Shown here piece by piece: positions 22,565-33,777 of a DNA stretch of 53,402 bases (the stretch's first letter is position 1; each line of letters opens with the position of its first letter). Both the position numbers and the translations under genes were made by a program. The notes under the pieces were generated by a model. It ran no database searches and was not told the DNA's origin. It was given only the letters and a program-made list of their open reading frames with translations. Source of the DNA: Ministeria vibrans ATCC 50519 (lineage: Eukaryota; Protista; Filasterea); contig CALSCP010002390.1 of the NCBI GenBank assembly GCA_943704425.1, positions 1 through 53,402 of the forward strand. Reading direction: 5' to 3'.

Positions 22565-25500
22565 ATGTGGTTGCGCTCACTCCCTCTGCTGCCAGTCCTT
22601 CTCCTCGTCGCCCTCCACCCCCTCTCAAGTACGCCCTCCCCTGCTGTGTCTCTCCCCTCCCCCCTCCACCCTCCCCCCACTCCCCATTCTTCTCATACGT
22701 CTTTCCTCCAACTTACACACATTTCGCTTAAAAAAAAAACTCTCTCTTTATCACCAAAGTAAAACCACAGCCCATTGCAACATGCCTCTGTTTGCTCCAT
22801 ATGGCACATGCCAAAGACCACAGACGCTTGCGGCCACCCGTGCGGCGGGTTGGCGTTCGCACAAGGCGCAAACCCAAAAGAGGCTTTGCGTGGAATGTTC
22901 CCTTGACCCTTCACGCTCACCCCACTCTCCTCCCTCTCCCTCTCTCCCTCTCCCTCTCTCTGCCCCCCCACGCATAGGCGACGCGTCATGCGCCACCACG
23001 CCCTGCTTCAACTCGCCCATCTCGTGCACCGACGTCCAAGGCGGCGGTGTGCTCTGCGAATGCTCTGCCGGCTGGACCGGCGCGCGCTGCCTCGACAAGC
23101 TTGACGAGTAAGAAGACGTCTCCTCTCTTTCCCTTCCCTCTCTGACTCCCCCTCCCGCGTCCGCCTTCCCCCTTGCCCTCTCTTGAACTCCCTCGCCCCC
23201 CCCACGCACGCGCGCGCTCTCTCTCTCTATCTCTCTCTCTCTCTGTCTTTGTCTGCAATCGCTTCCAAAACAGCAGAGCAACACAGAAAAAAAAATTAGG
23301 AAAAAAAAAAGTTCGCAGTCTTGTGCCGTATGCACTGTCGTTTTCTGTCCCTCTACACTCTCCCCCACACCACACTTGGCGGTGGAGCAGCGTCTGTCAA
23401 CGAGACCCGCGCTGTGTGGCCCTCATGCTCTCCCTGTAGGTGTGCATCGTCCCCCTGTCAAAACGGCGCCTCCTGCTACGACGGATTCCGACGCTTCACG
23501 TGCCAATGCACCGTCGGATTTGCCGGGGATGCGTGTGAGGTCAACATCGACGAGTGTGCGAGCACCCCGTGTTTCCATCAGGGCACTTGCATCGATGGAA
23601 TCGACGGCTATTCGTGCCAGTGTCTGACTGGATTCTCGGGGCTCCGCTGCCTTGAAAACATCAAGGAATGCGCTTCGAGTCCGTGTGCCCTTGGAAGCAC
23701 TTGCGTCGACCAAATTGGCACTTATCAGTGTATCTGTTCATTTGGATTTGAGGGCCACGACTGCACCCAACAGATTGATTGGGTACCCAACCAAACACAA
23801 TAATTATTATCATCAAAATAATCATAATAATAATAATATTAATAATAACAATAATAATATAAGAGACTTCCTCATACCATCGTTTGATGAGTGTATAATA
23901 ATTGTTTAGTGTATAGTAATTGTTTATTATATAATTTTTTGACCCTGGCCCTGTCACATTTTCTATTGTGTGTAGTGTGCGTCTTCGCCATGTCTCAATG
24001 GGGCTCTGTGCAACGGGACTGCAACACCTATTGGGTGCACATGTTTGGAGGGATTCACCGGACTTACATGCGAGTCGGAAATTGACGCGTGTATCAGCAG
24101 CCCCTGTCAAAACGCCGCAACGTGTGTGCGAAACCTGGGAGCGTACACATGCGCATGTGCAGACAACTTTTCGGGAGTGTTATGCGAGCTAGAGCTCGAC
24201 GCGTGTAGCAGTTCCCCCTGTACCATGGGTTCCACATGTATGCTTGTGGGGAGCACTGGCCTGACGTGCTTGTGCCCAGCAACGCAGTACGGTTTGCGCT
24301 GTGAAGAGGTCACGGTGGATGGCTTTATCAAGGGCTACGTCGACTCGATGGTGCACACGCCCATTGAGACGCTTTCGGTCGCCGAATCACTCTTACGGGC
24401 CACGCTTCAGCCACAGCTGCTTGACGACACGGCCATTGACGAGTCTGTACGCATTCTCAAGACCCTCGTTGATGCCGCGACTGCCGAAAGCGCCACTCCC
24501 GAGGGCCTCTCCCTGAACACGGCGCAGATCCTCGTGGATATTCTGGGCAACATGATGGAGGTGGGTTTTGTCAATCGCACCCAGACGCCGCCAGAGGGCG
24601 CATCCATGCTCGAGCGCTTGGTGCTCGCCTACCTTGGCGACGGCTGTCCCGTCAACACAACCCTCTCCTCTGCTAGCAACAACGTCTTTGGCTCGGCATT
24701 TGCTCTGTCCGCCTCAGATCTTGCCACCTCCGGCGGCCTCTCATTCACGTATGGCAACACACGATTTGACTACCCTGCCGAGCTTGTGCCGCTCCTCACC
24801 AGCTCTCAGTCACTCACCAACGTGACGGGCGCAACCGAAAACTGCACGCGTATCTACTTCAATGTTCTCGAGCAGGCATCCTTCTTTCGACCGTCCGACG
24901 ACGCCGAGGGTCTCACACTTATCTCATCGCCCGTCATCAGCACGGGACTCGACATGGGCCTGCACGACCTTCAGGGCAACTTTGTGCAATACACTGTCAC
25001 GTTCAGTACGCCCGCTGATCCCGCCGACGTACCGTTTCTTCAGTGTGTTGCCTGGGTGCCATCGCCCGTCTCGGTGTGGAGCAACGCCGGCTGTGAGGTT
25101 CACACGGCGTCCACCACTCAGCTAGAGTGTCGCTGCTCGCATTTGACCAACTTTGCAGTGCTCCTTGACACGCGAGGCTCACTCAAGGGCTCCGAGGCTA
25201 TCTCGGTCGCGAGTTATGTGGGTTCCGCCATTTGCATTGCTGCCTGTGCCGCCGTCATTGTCCTCTACCTGCTGGCCGGCCGCAAGTTTATCACGCCTCC
25301 CTTTCGCGTCGTTCTTTTGCTCTGCGGTTCAATTGTTGCGACACAAATCATGTTTATCATCACGACGGCTGCCTCGTCGAGTCTTTCGCGTGCCGGTTGC
25401 AACATTATGGGTCTCTTTTTGCACTACTCGCTACTCTGGCAAATATGTGTGCTTGTCATTGTTGCCTTTAACATGTGGATGATGATTGCCCGCCTCAAAA

Positions 25501-27001
25501 AGATCTCCGATTCAATCTACCGCTGGGAAATTGTTCTCATGCTTGGTACGATTATTAATTTATTATTATTCATAATATCTGTCTATCTGTCTGTCAGTTT
25601 ACTTATTTTTAATAATAATACTAATAACAATAATAACAATCGTAATATTAATAATATTCATCAATATTAATATATTTTTCTTGTTTTTGTAGTGATTCCG
25701 CTCGTCGTTATTGTTCTGTACCTAATTGGAGCAGCTGCGGCAAACGGCGATGGACCCTACAACCCGTATTCGACGCGCACAGATACCACTACAGCGGGTG
25801 CAATGTAAATCAAAACAAAAAAGAAACAAATTAATACCCCTCTTATCTTACCTGTGCTTGTTATTGTTTTCGTTTTAGCTGCTTTCTTCCTACTGCGGAG
25901 GCGATTGGGATTGCATTTTTGATGCCGCTGTGCCTGATGGTACTGCTCAACATGACAGTGTTTTTACTTGTGGCCCATTCGGTGTACAGTGTGCGAGCAA
26001 ACATTCGACGAAGCTCTGCAAGTTCGGCGAACGATATTCGCGCGATGAGTGGAGGGAGTCAAGGAGATGTGAAGAAGAAGAGTAAGGCGGAGCGTGCGCT
26101 GTCGACGGCGTCACGCAAGTCGAATACCAGCACGAGTATGCGCACGGGAGACCGGCAAAAAAGCCTGTTGCGTGTCTACATCTCGGTGGGCATTTGCCTG
26201 GGCTTCTCCTGGCTCTTTGGTGTGCTCACCGTGGCCACCAATAGCCTCGCCATGGCCTGGCTTTTTGTCATTGCCAATGCGCTTCAGGGCATTGCACTCT
26301 TTGTCAACTACGGCATGGTGCCCAACGTGTACCACGCGGCGCGCTCGACACTTCAGTCCAGCCACGATACAACCTCGACGTACGCAGGCAATTCCTCAAC
26401 CGCGTCCAACACGCGACGGTCCAACCCAGCCATCCAGACGCCAAGTCGCACGCAGAGCATTGCTTCAAGCGCCCATGACACCGAGTACATCAGTGCGCTC
26501 AGGGATCTCGAGCAGCAAAATGCCAAGGCAGAGCTCGACGAAATTGCGGCGCGTCGCAAAGACTCACAAATGTCCTCCGTATCGGGCCAGTCGTACGAGT
26601 CGTCGCACGAGGCAGTGAGCGACCGCAAAGACAGTTCGGCGTGGACCGAAGACGTCTCCATTCACTTCTCGCTGGGCGAGGCAGTGCGTCCGGGCGCCTC
26701 CCCCGTCACGACCACGCCCATCTCCAAATCCAACAGCGGCTCACTGCCACGACTCACCAAAAAGAAATTCTCCAGCAAACCGCAACTGTCGACCGCACCA
26801 GCGAGCATCTCAGGCACCCCCATAGCGTCCGCAACTGTCCGCCGTCCCTCCGTCACCTTCCGCGAGCCAAGCGAGACTGCTTACAGGGGCGTTGACATTG
26901 ACTTTGTCGACACCGAGGACGACACGGAGGAGGAACAAGAGGACGACGGTGTACGCAGGAAACGCGCCGCAACCGGCGTTTTAAACACTTCCGAAGTTTA
27001 A
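22565..27001 (+). CDS. Adhesion GPCR: signal peptide, 7 EGF repeats, GAIN/GPS, secretin-like 7TM, Ser-rich tail ending TSEV
   Basis: EGF repeats such as NIDECASTPCFHQGTC; GPS CVAW...WSNAGC...CRCSHL/TNFAVLL; ISVASYVGSAICIAAC, CNIMGLFLHYSLL, LGFSWLFGVL, WLFVIANALQG. Confidence 0.93.
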
Positions 27002-27034
27002 GCGAACGTTAAGAAGTTTAAGCGAAGTTTAAGC
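26992..27034. repeat. Short degenerate tandem repeat (GAAGTTTAAGC, 3-4 copies) spanning the aGPCR stop codon
   Basis: cgaagtttaag cgaacgttaa gaagtttaag cgaagtttaagc. Confidence 0.75.
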
Positions 27035-27215
27035 TCGAAAAGAGGAAGAAAAAAACCAAGTCATTGCAAGATCTATCAAAAATTGAATATTAATAAAAAC
27101 ATACAGTCATAATTATTCCTACAATATATTTTAGAATAATCGGAGTGCATTTGAGATTATTTGCTTCTTTGAGGAGAGTCATAATTATTATTAATAATAA
27201 GACGGAAAATAATGA

Positions 27216-27249
<34 letters not shown>

Positions 27250-27408
27250 TTTACTCTCTTTTATATGTGTATTAATATTTCTCTCTCTCTCTCTCCTTTT
27301 TGAGTAAACTTTTCGACTTCATTTATTCCTAATAATAATTATTATTATTTTATTGTTACAATTTATTTTAATACACACTATACATTCATACATTTCTACA
27401 ATTGAGGT

Positions 27409-28167
27409 CTATTTAAGACTCTTTGCTTTGAGAAGAGTCATTTTGTGTTCCTGAAGGAAAAACGTAACGGCCAAAGTGATGTTACGGCGAATCTTAATTT
27501 CGGTCTTTGACGCAGAAACAGGACATTTTTTTGTCATGAGCTGCGAAAGGGTGCGATATTCCTCCATTTGTGTCTCAATCTCAGTCGTCTCCGCATTACG
27601 TTTCCGCTCCATTTCCATCCGATACGCTCTCTCTTCCCGCTCGACCTTCTTTGCTTCCGCCTCAAAATACTCCGCACCAAACGCAACAAACCCACTCGCA
27701 CTGACCAATTCCTCAGCCATCTCACTCCCCTTCTTCGCGTTGCGATCCCCGCCACCACCACCACCACCACCACCACCACTGCTCTCCGTCTCGTCTTCTC
27801 GTGGAGCAAACCGAAAGAGCAGCTCGTCAAGTTGCTCTTTCATCCGACGCAGTCGCTCGTACATCCGGCTCAGCTGCTTCACACTCTCACTTGCACTCTC
27901 GTCCGTTCCTCCTTTTGCCTTGCGCTTCTCTCGCTCCCACACAATGTTCCGCCACGACAAAACCTCGTCGCAATCAACGCAAATTCGTGTCGATATCGCA
28001 TCACTGCCAATCACAACCGTCTCCGTGCGCGAAGGTAATTTGCCCGTGAAGTCACTTTCGCTCAGAATCTCACTCGGGACCGACTCAATTGTGCCTAAAA
28101 TAACGGCAGAATTGTATATTAGTTGGATTTTTAAATAATATATATAAAAAAGACACTGTGTGCGTGT

Positions 28168-28198
<31 letters not shown>

Positions 28199-28970
28199 CT
28201 GACCGAGTTGTCGGACGCGAACAGGAGCACAATCGGCACAGCAGACGGACCCACAAGTGCGACAGTGATGCTTGCGTCGTTGGACTAGGGTGAAAGGACG
28301 CACACAGGAGTGGCAGAGGAGTGCTGACTTGTCCGAGGCCCATTCGACAACGCTATGAAAGGAATAGGGGGGGGGATGACTCAGATAAAGAGGGGAACGG
28401 GGGAAATCTCCACTTTCTTTTTGTGACGGGGGTTTGTACCATTGCTCAGCTTGTTTTAACTTGACGCGTTTGACTGTCTCGTGAAGACGTTCGAGAGCAC
28501 TGATGACGCGTGTGGCGCTGATGTTGCGTGATTGGACAATCTCGGAGCGAAGTGAAATGAACGGACCAGTGTGGGAGCGAGTGACGGGCTCCTGCAAAGC
28601 AATTGTAGGATGTCAGGAGACTCAGAACCACTGCGATTTGTACCTGCTGTTGCCACGACGGCTGTGCAGTGTAGCAGGCTGTGCACACGCGCACAGGGGT
28701 TCCTCTTGGATCGGGTGTGGTGTCTGGCAGGAGTCTCAAGGTGAGGACAACGTGTGTGGCGCAGAAGATGCGTCCGCATTTTCGACAGTGTTGGCGAAGC
28801 AGCGCCGGTCCAAACGGACGCTGGCAGTCGGCGCAGGCGCTCACGAGGGCGTCCGGCACCCAGTGCTTTCGAGATATCCCATCACTGGGCAGGGTGACGG
28901 AGGTGGCGGCGGCGACTGCCGTTGCGGTGGGGCCAGCGAGAGCCTTTTTGACTGAGTTGAGGAAGTCCAT
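27409..28970 (-). CDS. Rabenosyn-5 / Pep7(Vac1)-like double-FYVE protein
   Basis: FYVE1 HWVPD...RQHCRKCGRIFC...RVCTAC; linker VTRSHTGPFISLR...LERL; FYVE2 VVEWASD...RRKHHCRTCGSVCCADC...RICVDC; C-terminal IRRNITLAVTFFLQEH resembles rabenosyn. Confidence 0.82.
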
Positions 28971-29200
28971 TGGAAATGTACACGAAAATATCAAGATCGG
29001 AAAAGAAAGGCGCGCGAGAAGGAAGCGCGTGCAAAGCGCCACTCAAAGCGGTTGTGATCCAAAAAGGTGCCTAAAAGTTGAAGCGATAAATAAATCTGAG
29101 AAATTATAATAGAGCAATCATTAAAGAAACAGTAAACACTGATCAAATTTAAAAAATTAATAATTAAAATAATTATTATTATTTTTATCATTGAAGGAGT

Positions 29201-29775
29201 ATGGGATTCGAGAAGACAGTGTTGAAAGAAGGCACGGGGGCGCAGGTGAAGAGCGGGCAGACGGTCGATGTGCACTGCACTGGATACGGAAAGAACCGCG
29301 ACATGAACCTGAAGTTCTGGAGGTACGGCGGGCGGGCGGGTGGGTATGGGTGGGTGGGTGGAGGGAGGGAGGGAGAGAGGGCGCGAGAGCGGGCGCGGGA
29401 GGAGAGAGAGTGATTGACAAAGTTGACGATTTGATTTCGATGAGTTTGCGACGATTGCGAAGTGGTCTTGCCGCTGCATAGCATAGCATGAGACGTGGGT
29501 GTGTGTGTGTGTGTGTGATTAGGGTGCCCGAATGCGGGAAATTGGCGCTGGCAAGGCAGAACGAGAGATGTGAAAGTGACCAGTGCGTTTGTGTTGGCTT
29601 TTCACTTTGACTGTGTCCAACTGCGTTGCTGTGGGACGGCGCGTGCCGCGGGGGTGGGCTGCATGTGCCGTGGGTGTGTGTGCGGCGTGCACGGCAGTCC
29701 GTCTGACGTCTGTTTGAGTGTAGCACCAAAGACCCGGGCCAGAAGGTCTTCAGCTTCCAGTGTGGCCAAGGACAG
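29201..29775 (+). CDS. FKBP12-type peptidyl-prolyl isomerase, N-terminal two exons only (29201-29322, 29724-29775); the C-terminal half is absent
   Basis: MGFEKTVLKEGTGAQVKSGQTVDVHCTGYGKNRDMNLKFW|STKDPGQKVFSFQCGQGQ (plant/protist FKBP12 type). No VIKGWDEG exon follows. Confidence 0.85.
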
Positions 29776-29814
29776 GTGCGCAGCCCATCGACGCACGCTG
29801 GTGCACGCCCCTTG

Positions 29815-29817
<3 letters not shown>

Positions 29818-29910
<93 letters not shown>

Positions 29911-29940
29911 TCTCTCTCTCTCTCCTTCTCTCTCTCTCTT
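29818..29940. repeat. Long (CT)n microsatellite at the FKBP12/GH2 junction
   Basis: Direct reading. Confidence 0.95.
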
Positions 29941-30064
29941 ATTTTCTATTTCTATCACTTGTTTCTTTCTCCTCCCTCCGTCACTTCCCTTTGTTTCTCT
30001 CTCTATCACTTTGTCTTTCTGTCACACACACACACACATACTTACTCGCTCACTATGTGTGTAG

Positions 30065-31927
30065 GACTGTTGTTGGAGAGGACATGTCGCGCGTGGTGTG
30101 GCCCAGCTCACCGTCAACGGGCTGGGAAAGTGGTGTGGACCGCCTGACAGGACTGCCCAATGGACAGCCTATCAAACCACGCATGGCAAGCGAGCGTATT
30201 GATAACAGTCTAAGCAGAAGTGGTGGCAGTGGTGCCGACGAGTGTACGTATGTGTATGGCGTGGACTACAACCACGGGACGACGGGTGAGCATCCCATTG
30301 CGGCCGACGAGCACATCTGCTGCACGCTGTGTGCCCAAGCCCCGTCGGGTGACTGTCTCGCGGCCGTCTTTAATAACGGCGAGTGCTGGTTCAAGCCGGC
30401 CAGCGCCGTGCCCTTTAACGTCACAGCCATGCCCGGCCGTATTGCCGTCTGGCCCAAGGGCCACGGACCCATCCCCCCGTCGCCCCCACCAGGTCCTCCG
30501 CCCCCTGGGCCCATCGAGACCCACGGCCCGTACCGCCATGGCGCCGGCTTCAAGACAGTCAACTCCAAAGCAGACTACGTTGTCTTTGACGCCAACTTGC
30601 CTCCGCAACTGCCCGCTCCAATGCTCACCGGACCCCAGCAACACGGCATTTTTGCCTCTGAGTTTGGCTGTGTTGTCTTCAGCTCCTTTGAGAGTATGAC
30701 CGGCACCCTCTCCGCCGACCACTGGGGCATCCACTCGACGCCCGTTTTTGAACAACGCAACTACTGCTGTGACAACATCATTGGAATCTACTTTGGCAAA
30801 CAGGTCCAAGATCATAATATATTTATAGTTTTACTCATGAACTGACCATTTTCTTGTGTAGAACTGGAATGAGACTGGACAGGCAGTCTTTCACAAGCAA
30901 CTCTACCAATGTATGATTGGACAGGCACTTGAAATGAAGGTTAATCGACAAAACAGAGCGAGCGTGTGTCATTTCGCACACTCACACACCAACTCTCACA
31001 TTGACAGTCTGACATTGAGACGCGGCTGTCGTACAACACCTGGGGCACTCTGATCTGGCAGTACAACGAGATCTGGCCCACAGGCGGATGGGGCTGCATC
31101 GAGTATGGAACGCCCGTCGAGGGGCAGGTTGTGGGCGGCCGATGGAAACCCCTGATGCACTGGCTCGAGAAGAGTACAAACACACTCTTACTGGACATCT
31201 GCTCACGAATGTATGTTTAGGTATCTATCGTGATGTGACATCCACGTGCGGTGCAAGTGGAGTGTGTTTTGTGCGCAACAATGGCATTGAGCCGCGCGTG
31301 AGTCTACATGTTGCCCTTGAACTGGTCCACTTTGACACGGGAAAGCGCTCTGTCATCAACCAAATCACCGTATTCCCAGTCCATACCCTTCTTCGTTGTT
31401 GACCCTCATGCTTGCGTTTTTTGTTTTGTTTTTCTTTTCTTGTGTAGACGTCGCTGAGCCAAGGCGGTGGCATCACCAAAGTCTTTTGTGCGTATGGCAA
31501 GAGCACCACTGGCTCAGCGGACTGTGCACCCTGGAGCGACGCCTATGCGGCCGCAGGGTGTGCTGCGGGCGGACGCGACTGCATTCTGGCCATCACTGTC
31601 AGTGACGGTCTCACCCACGCACTCGTGACAGAGAACATTGTGGCCCTGGCCACTCCTGGCGAGTGGAATCTGCACAGTGGCGTCCAGGTGAATGTGACCG
31701 TCTTCGAGACGTCGGACGAAGGTGCCCGTCTGACCGTCACCGCGCCGCACGTCGCCGTCTTTGTCACCCTCACCACCGCGGCGCCCGGTCGCTTCTCGGA
31801 CAATGCCTTTCTCGTCACTCCACAGGGCACCACCATCATTCGCTTTATTCCCTCCCCTACTGCCCCCTTTGACCGCCATCTTTTCCGTTCCACCCTTCGC
31901 GCCGAACACGTTGGCTCATACCAATAA
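30065..31927 (+). CDS. GH2 beta-mannosidase-like protein, C-terminal portion only, with an inserted PAN/apple-like module
   Basis: EDMSRVVWPSSPSTG, ETHGPY, FASEFG (nucleophile), LIWQYNEIWPTGGWGCIEY...RWKPLMHW, FVTLTTAAPGRFSDNAF. No upstream WGG/acid-base (NE) exons or signal peptide are present. Confidence 0.82.
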
Positions 31928-32000
31928 ACTGAAACAATATTTTATTTTTATTTTTTATATAGTCTACATGAGATTTTTATAAGATTGTTCCCTTAATATG

Positions 32001-32090
32001 GCTTTAGCCACAGTGGTTGGTGTGTTAGTTGAAGTGCCGGTGATGTTGTCTCTGGTGTGGTTTGCCAATCGTACCCGTCATTGGTTTGAT
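32001..32090 (+). pseudogene. acr3: 90-bp fragment encoding the C-terminus of a bacterial-type Acr3 arsenite efflux transporter
   Basis: Translates as [30 protein letters not shown], recognised as the last TM helix of proteobacterial Acr3. It sits in an AT-rich intergenic spacer. Confidence 0.85.
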
Positions 32091-32117
32091 ATATATTATA
32101 ATTATATATAATATATA

Positions 32118-33549
32118 TTAAATGGCAGTGGCCGCAAGCACAGCGGCAAGTGCTGCGTCTTGCTCTTCCTGCGTCATGGGCATCTGTACAGGCACCGCCT
32201 GGCTCGGTCGTGTCAACGCCGCTGCCGTTGTCGTCGTCGTCGTTGCTGTTGCTGCTGCATGCTGACGCTGCTCTTCCAGTCGTGCAGCTTTCCGTCGCAT
32301 CTTTGCCAGCTCTTTCTCGCGACGCGCACTTTTACGGACTTCACGCAACTCCTTGGGCTTCAGCACACACGCCTCCACTTCACCTCCGCGCTTTTCTGCA
32401 CCAGAGTCTGTTGTGCTCGTTTCCACTTGATCCAGCCCTAAGCTCATTGCCAGCGCCGCCTCCAACATCGCATCGTCACTTGTACTCTCCCCTCCCTCGT
32501 CGATATGGTCCGACCTCGAACTCGCACTCACTGCCATTGCCATCTCCAGTGCCTCGGCCTCTTGGCGTGCCGTCTCACTTGCAGACGACGCCATCACCGC
32601 ACGACACACTGCATCATCACTATCATCATCACGAGCAGCAGCAGTAGCACTCGCACCAGAGCCACTGGTCATCAACTCATCACGTCTCGCTGCCACTGCC
32701 GCAGCCACCGTCGCTTCTTCCTTCTTCCTCTCTGACCCCAGTGCCTGTCGCGATGTCACTCGAATATTCGATGGCCCATCGCCCGTCTCGTCAATGCGTC
32801 GAATCGAGCTGTAATGTTCACCATCCGAGTAGGCAATGTGTAACATCACTGGAGAATCTCCTCTGCAACAAACACTCGTTCAGTTGCGCAATCTCAACTG
32901 TACACTCTTACGTTGGTGCATCTACGACCCACGGAGGAAAGTTCAGCTGGTGAATACACACAGGAATGTTGTGTAGCCGTACGAAGGCCACAATGGCGTC
33001 GTTGCCGGCAAAGGTGCCATCCTACACCGTCACAAACGCATCAATACTTTGGCCTCCACTGCGCCACTCTCACCTTGGCTAACGTCTCCATGTGCCTGTC
33101 AAAAGACACGTCGTCTTCAATAAACGGCTCAAAGTCTTCGCGGTGTGCACGGATAAAGGCCACGACCGCTGCGCGGTGATGGCTGTGGCGCGACACATCC
33201 CCATCCAGTTGATCCCCCAACGAGCGAAATAAGCAATTCCCATCGCCTGCAATTGACTTGATGCGTAGATTAAGCGTCGCTACTTGTTGTTTCAACGAAT
33301 GGAAATCGCCAGAGTCCTCGCTACGAGCGACAAGGTGCAAAAAACGAGAAAAATTAATTAGGTCGAGTCAGCGAATATTTCTCGACAGAGGCAGAAACGA
33401 CCTTACTCGTGCTTTCGCTGGCGCATCGCCCTCTTGGCCTCTCGCCGTTCCTTCTTCTGGCTCGCATGCACGTTCTGAGCGCTATTCGACCCACCACCGC
33501 GACTTTTGGTCGTCTTTCCCTTTCCCTTGCCTTTGTGTCCCTTCGCCAT
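32118..33549 (-). CDS. OTU-domain deubiquitinase (OTUD3-like) with UIM-like helices
   Basis: [63 protein letters not shown]; UIM-like [13 protein letters not shown] and [13 protein letters not shown]. Confidence 0.92.
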
Positions 33550-33777
33550 CGCCACGACGCTGCAGACACACCACCAGACTCTCTCAAGGTAAAAGAACAA
33601 TTACCAAAGCAGTGAAAACGAAAAATAAAAGTAAAATTTAAATTAGAAGAAGAAGAAGACATTTCCAATTTTATACGAAGTATCAAATAAGAAGGATGTC
33701 GTGATGTATAGAAACGGCTATGAATAAATGCTCTCTCTCTCTCTCTCTATCTATCTCTCTATCTCTCTTCCCCTCAC

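Noticed and set aside
30065-30202. Phase-0 reading RGVAQLTVNG looks like the FKBP12 continuation EGVAQMSVG
   Set aside because: The frame stops soon after without the FKBP C-terminal motifs, while the other frame carries clear GH2 motifs. Coincidental.
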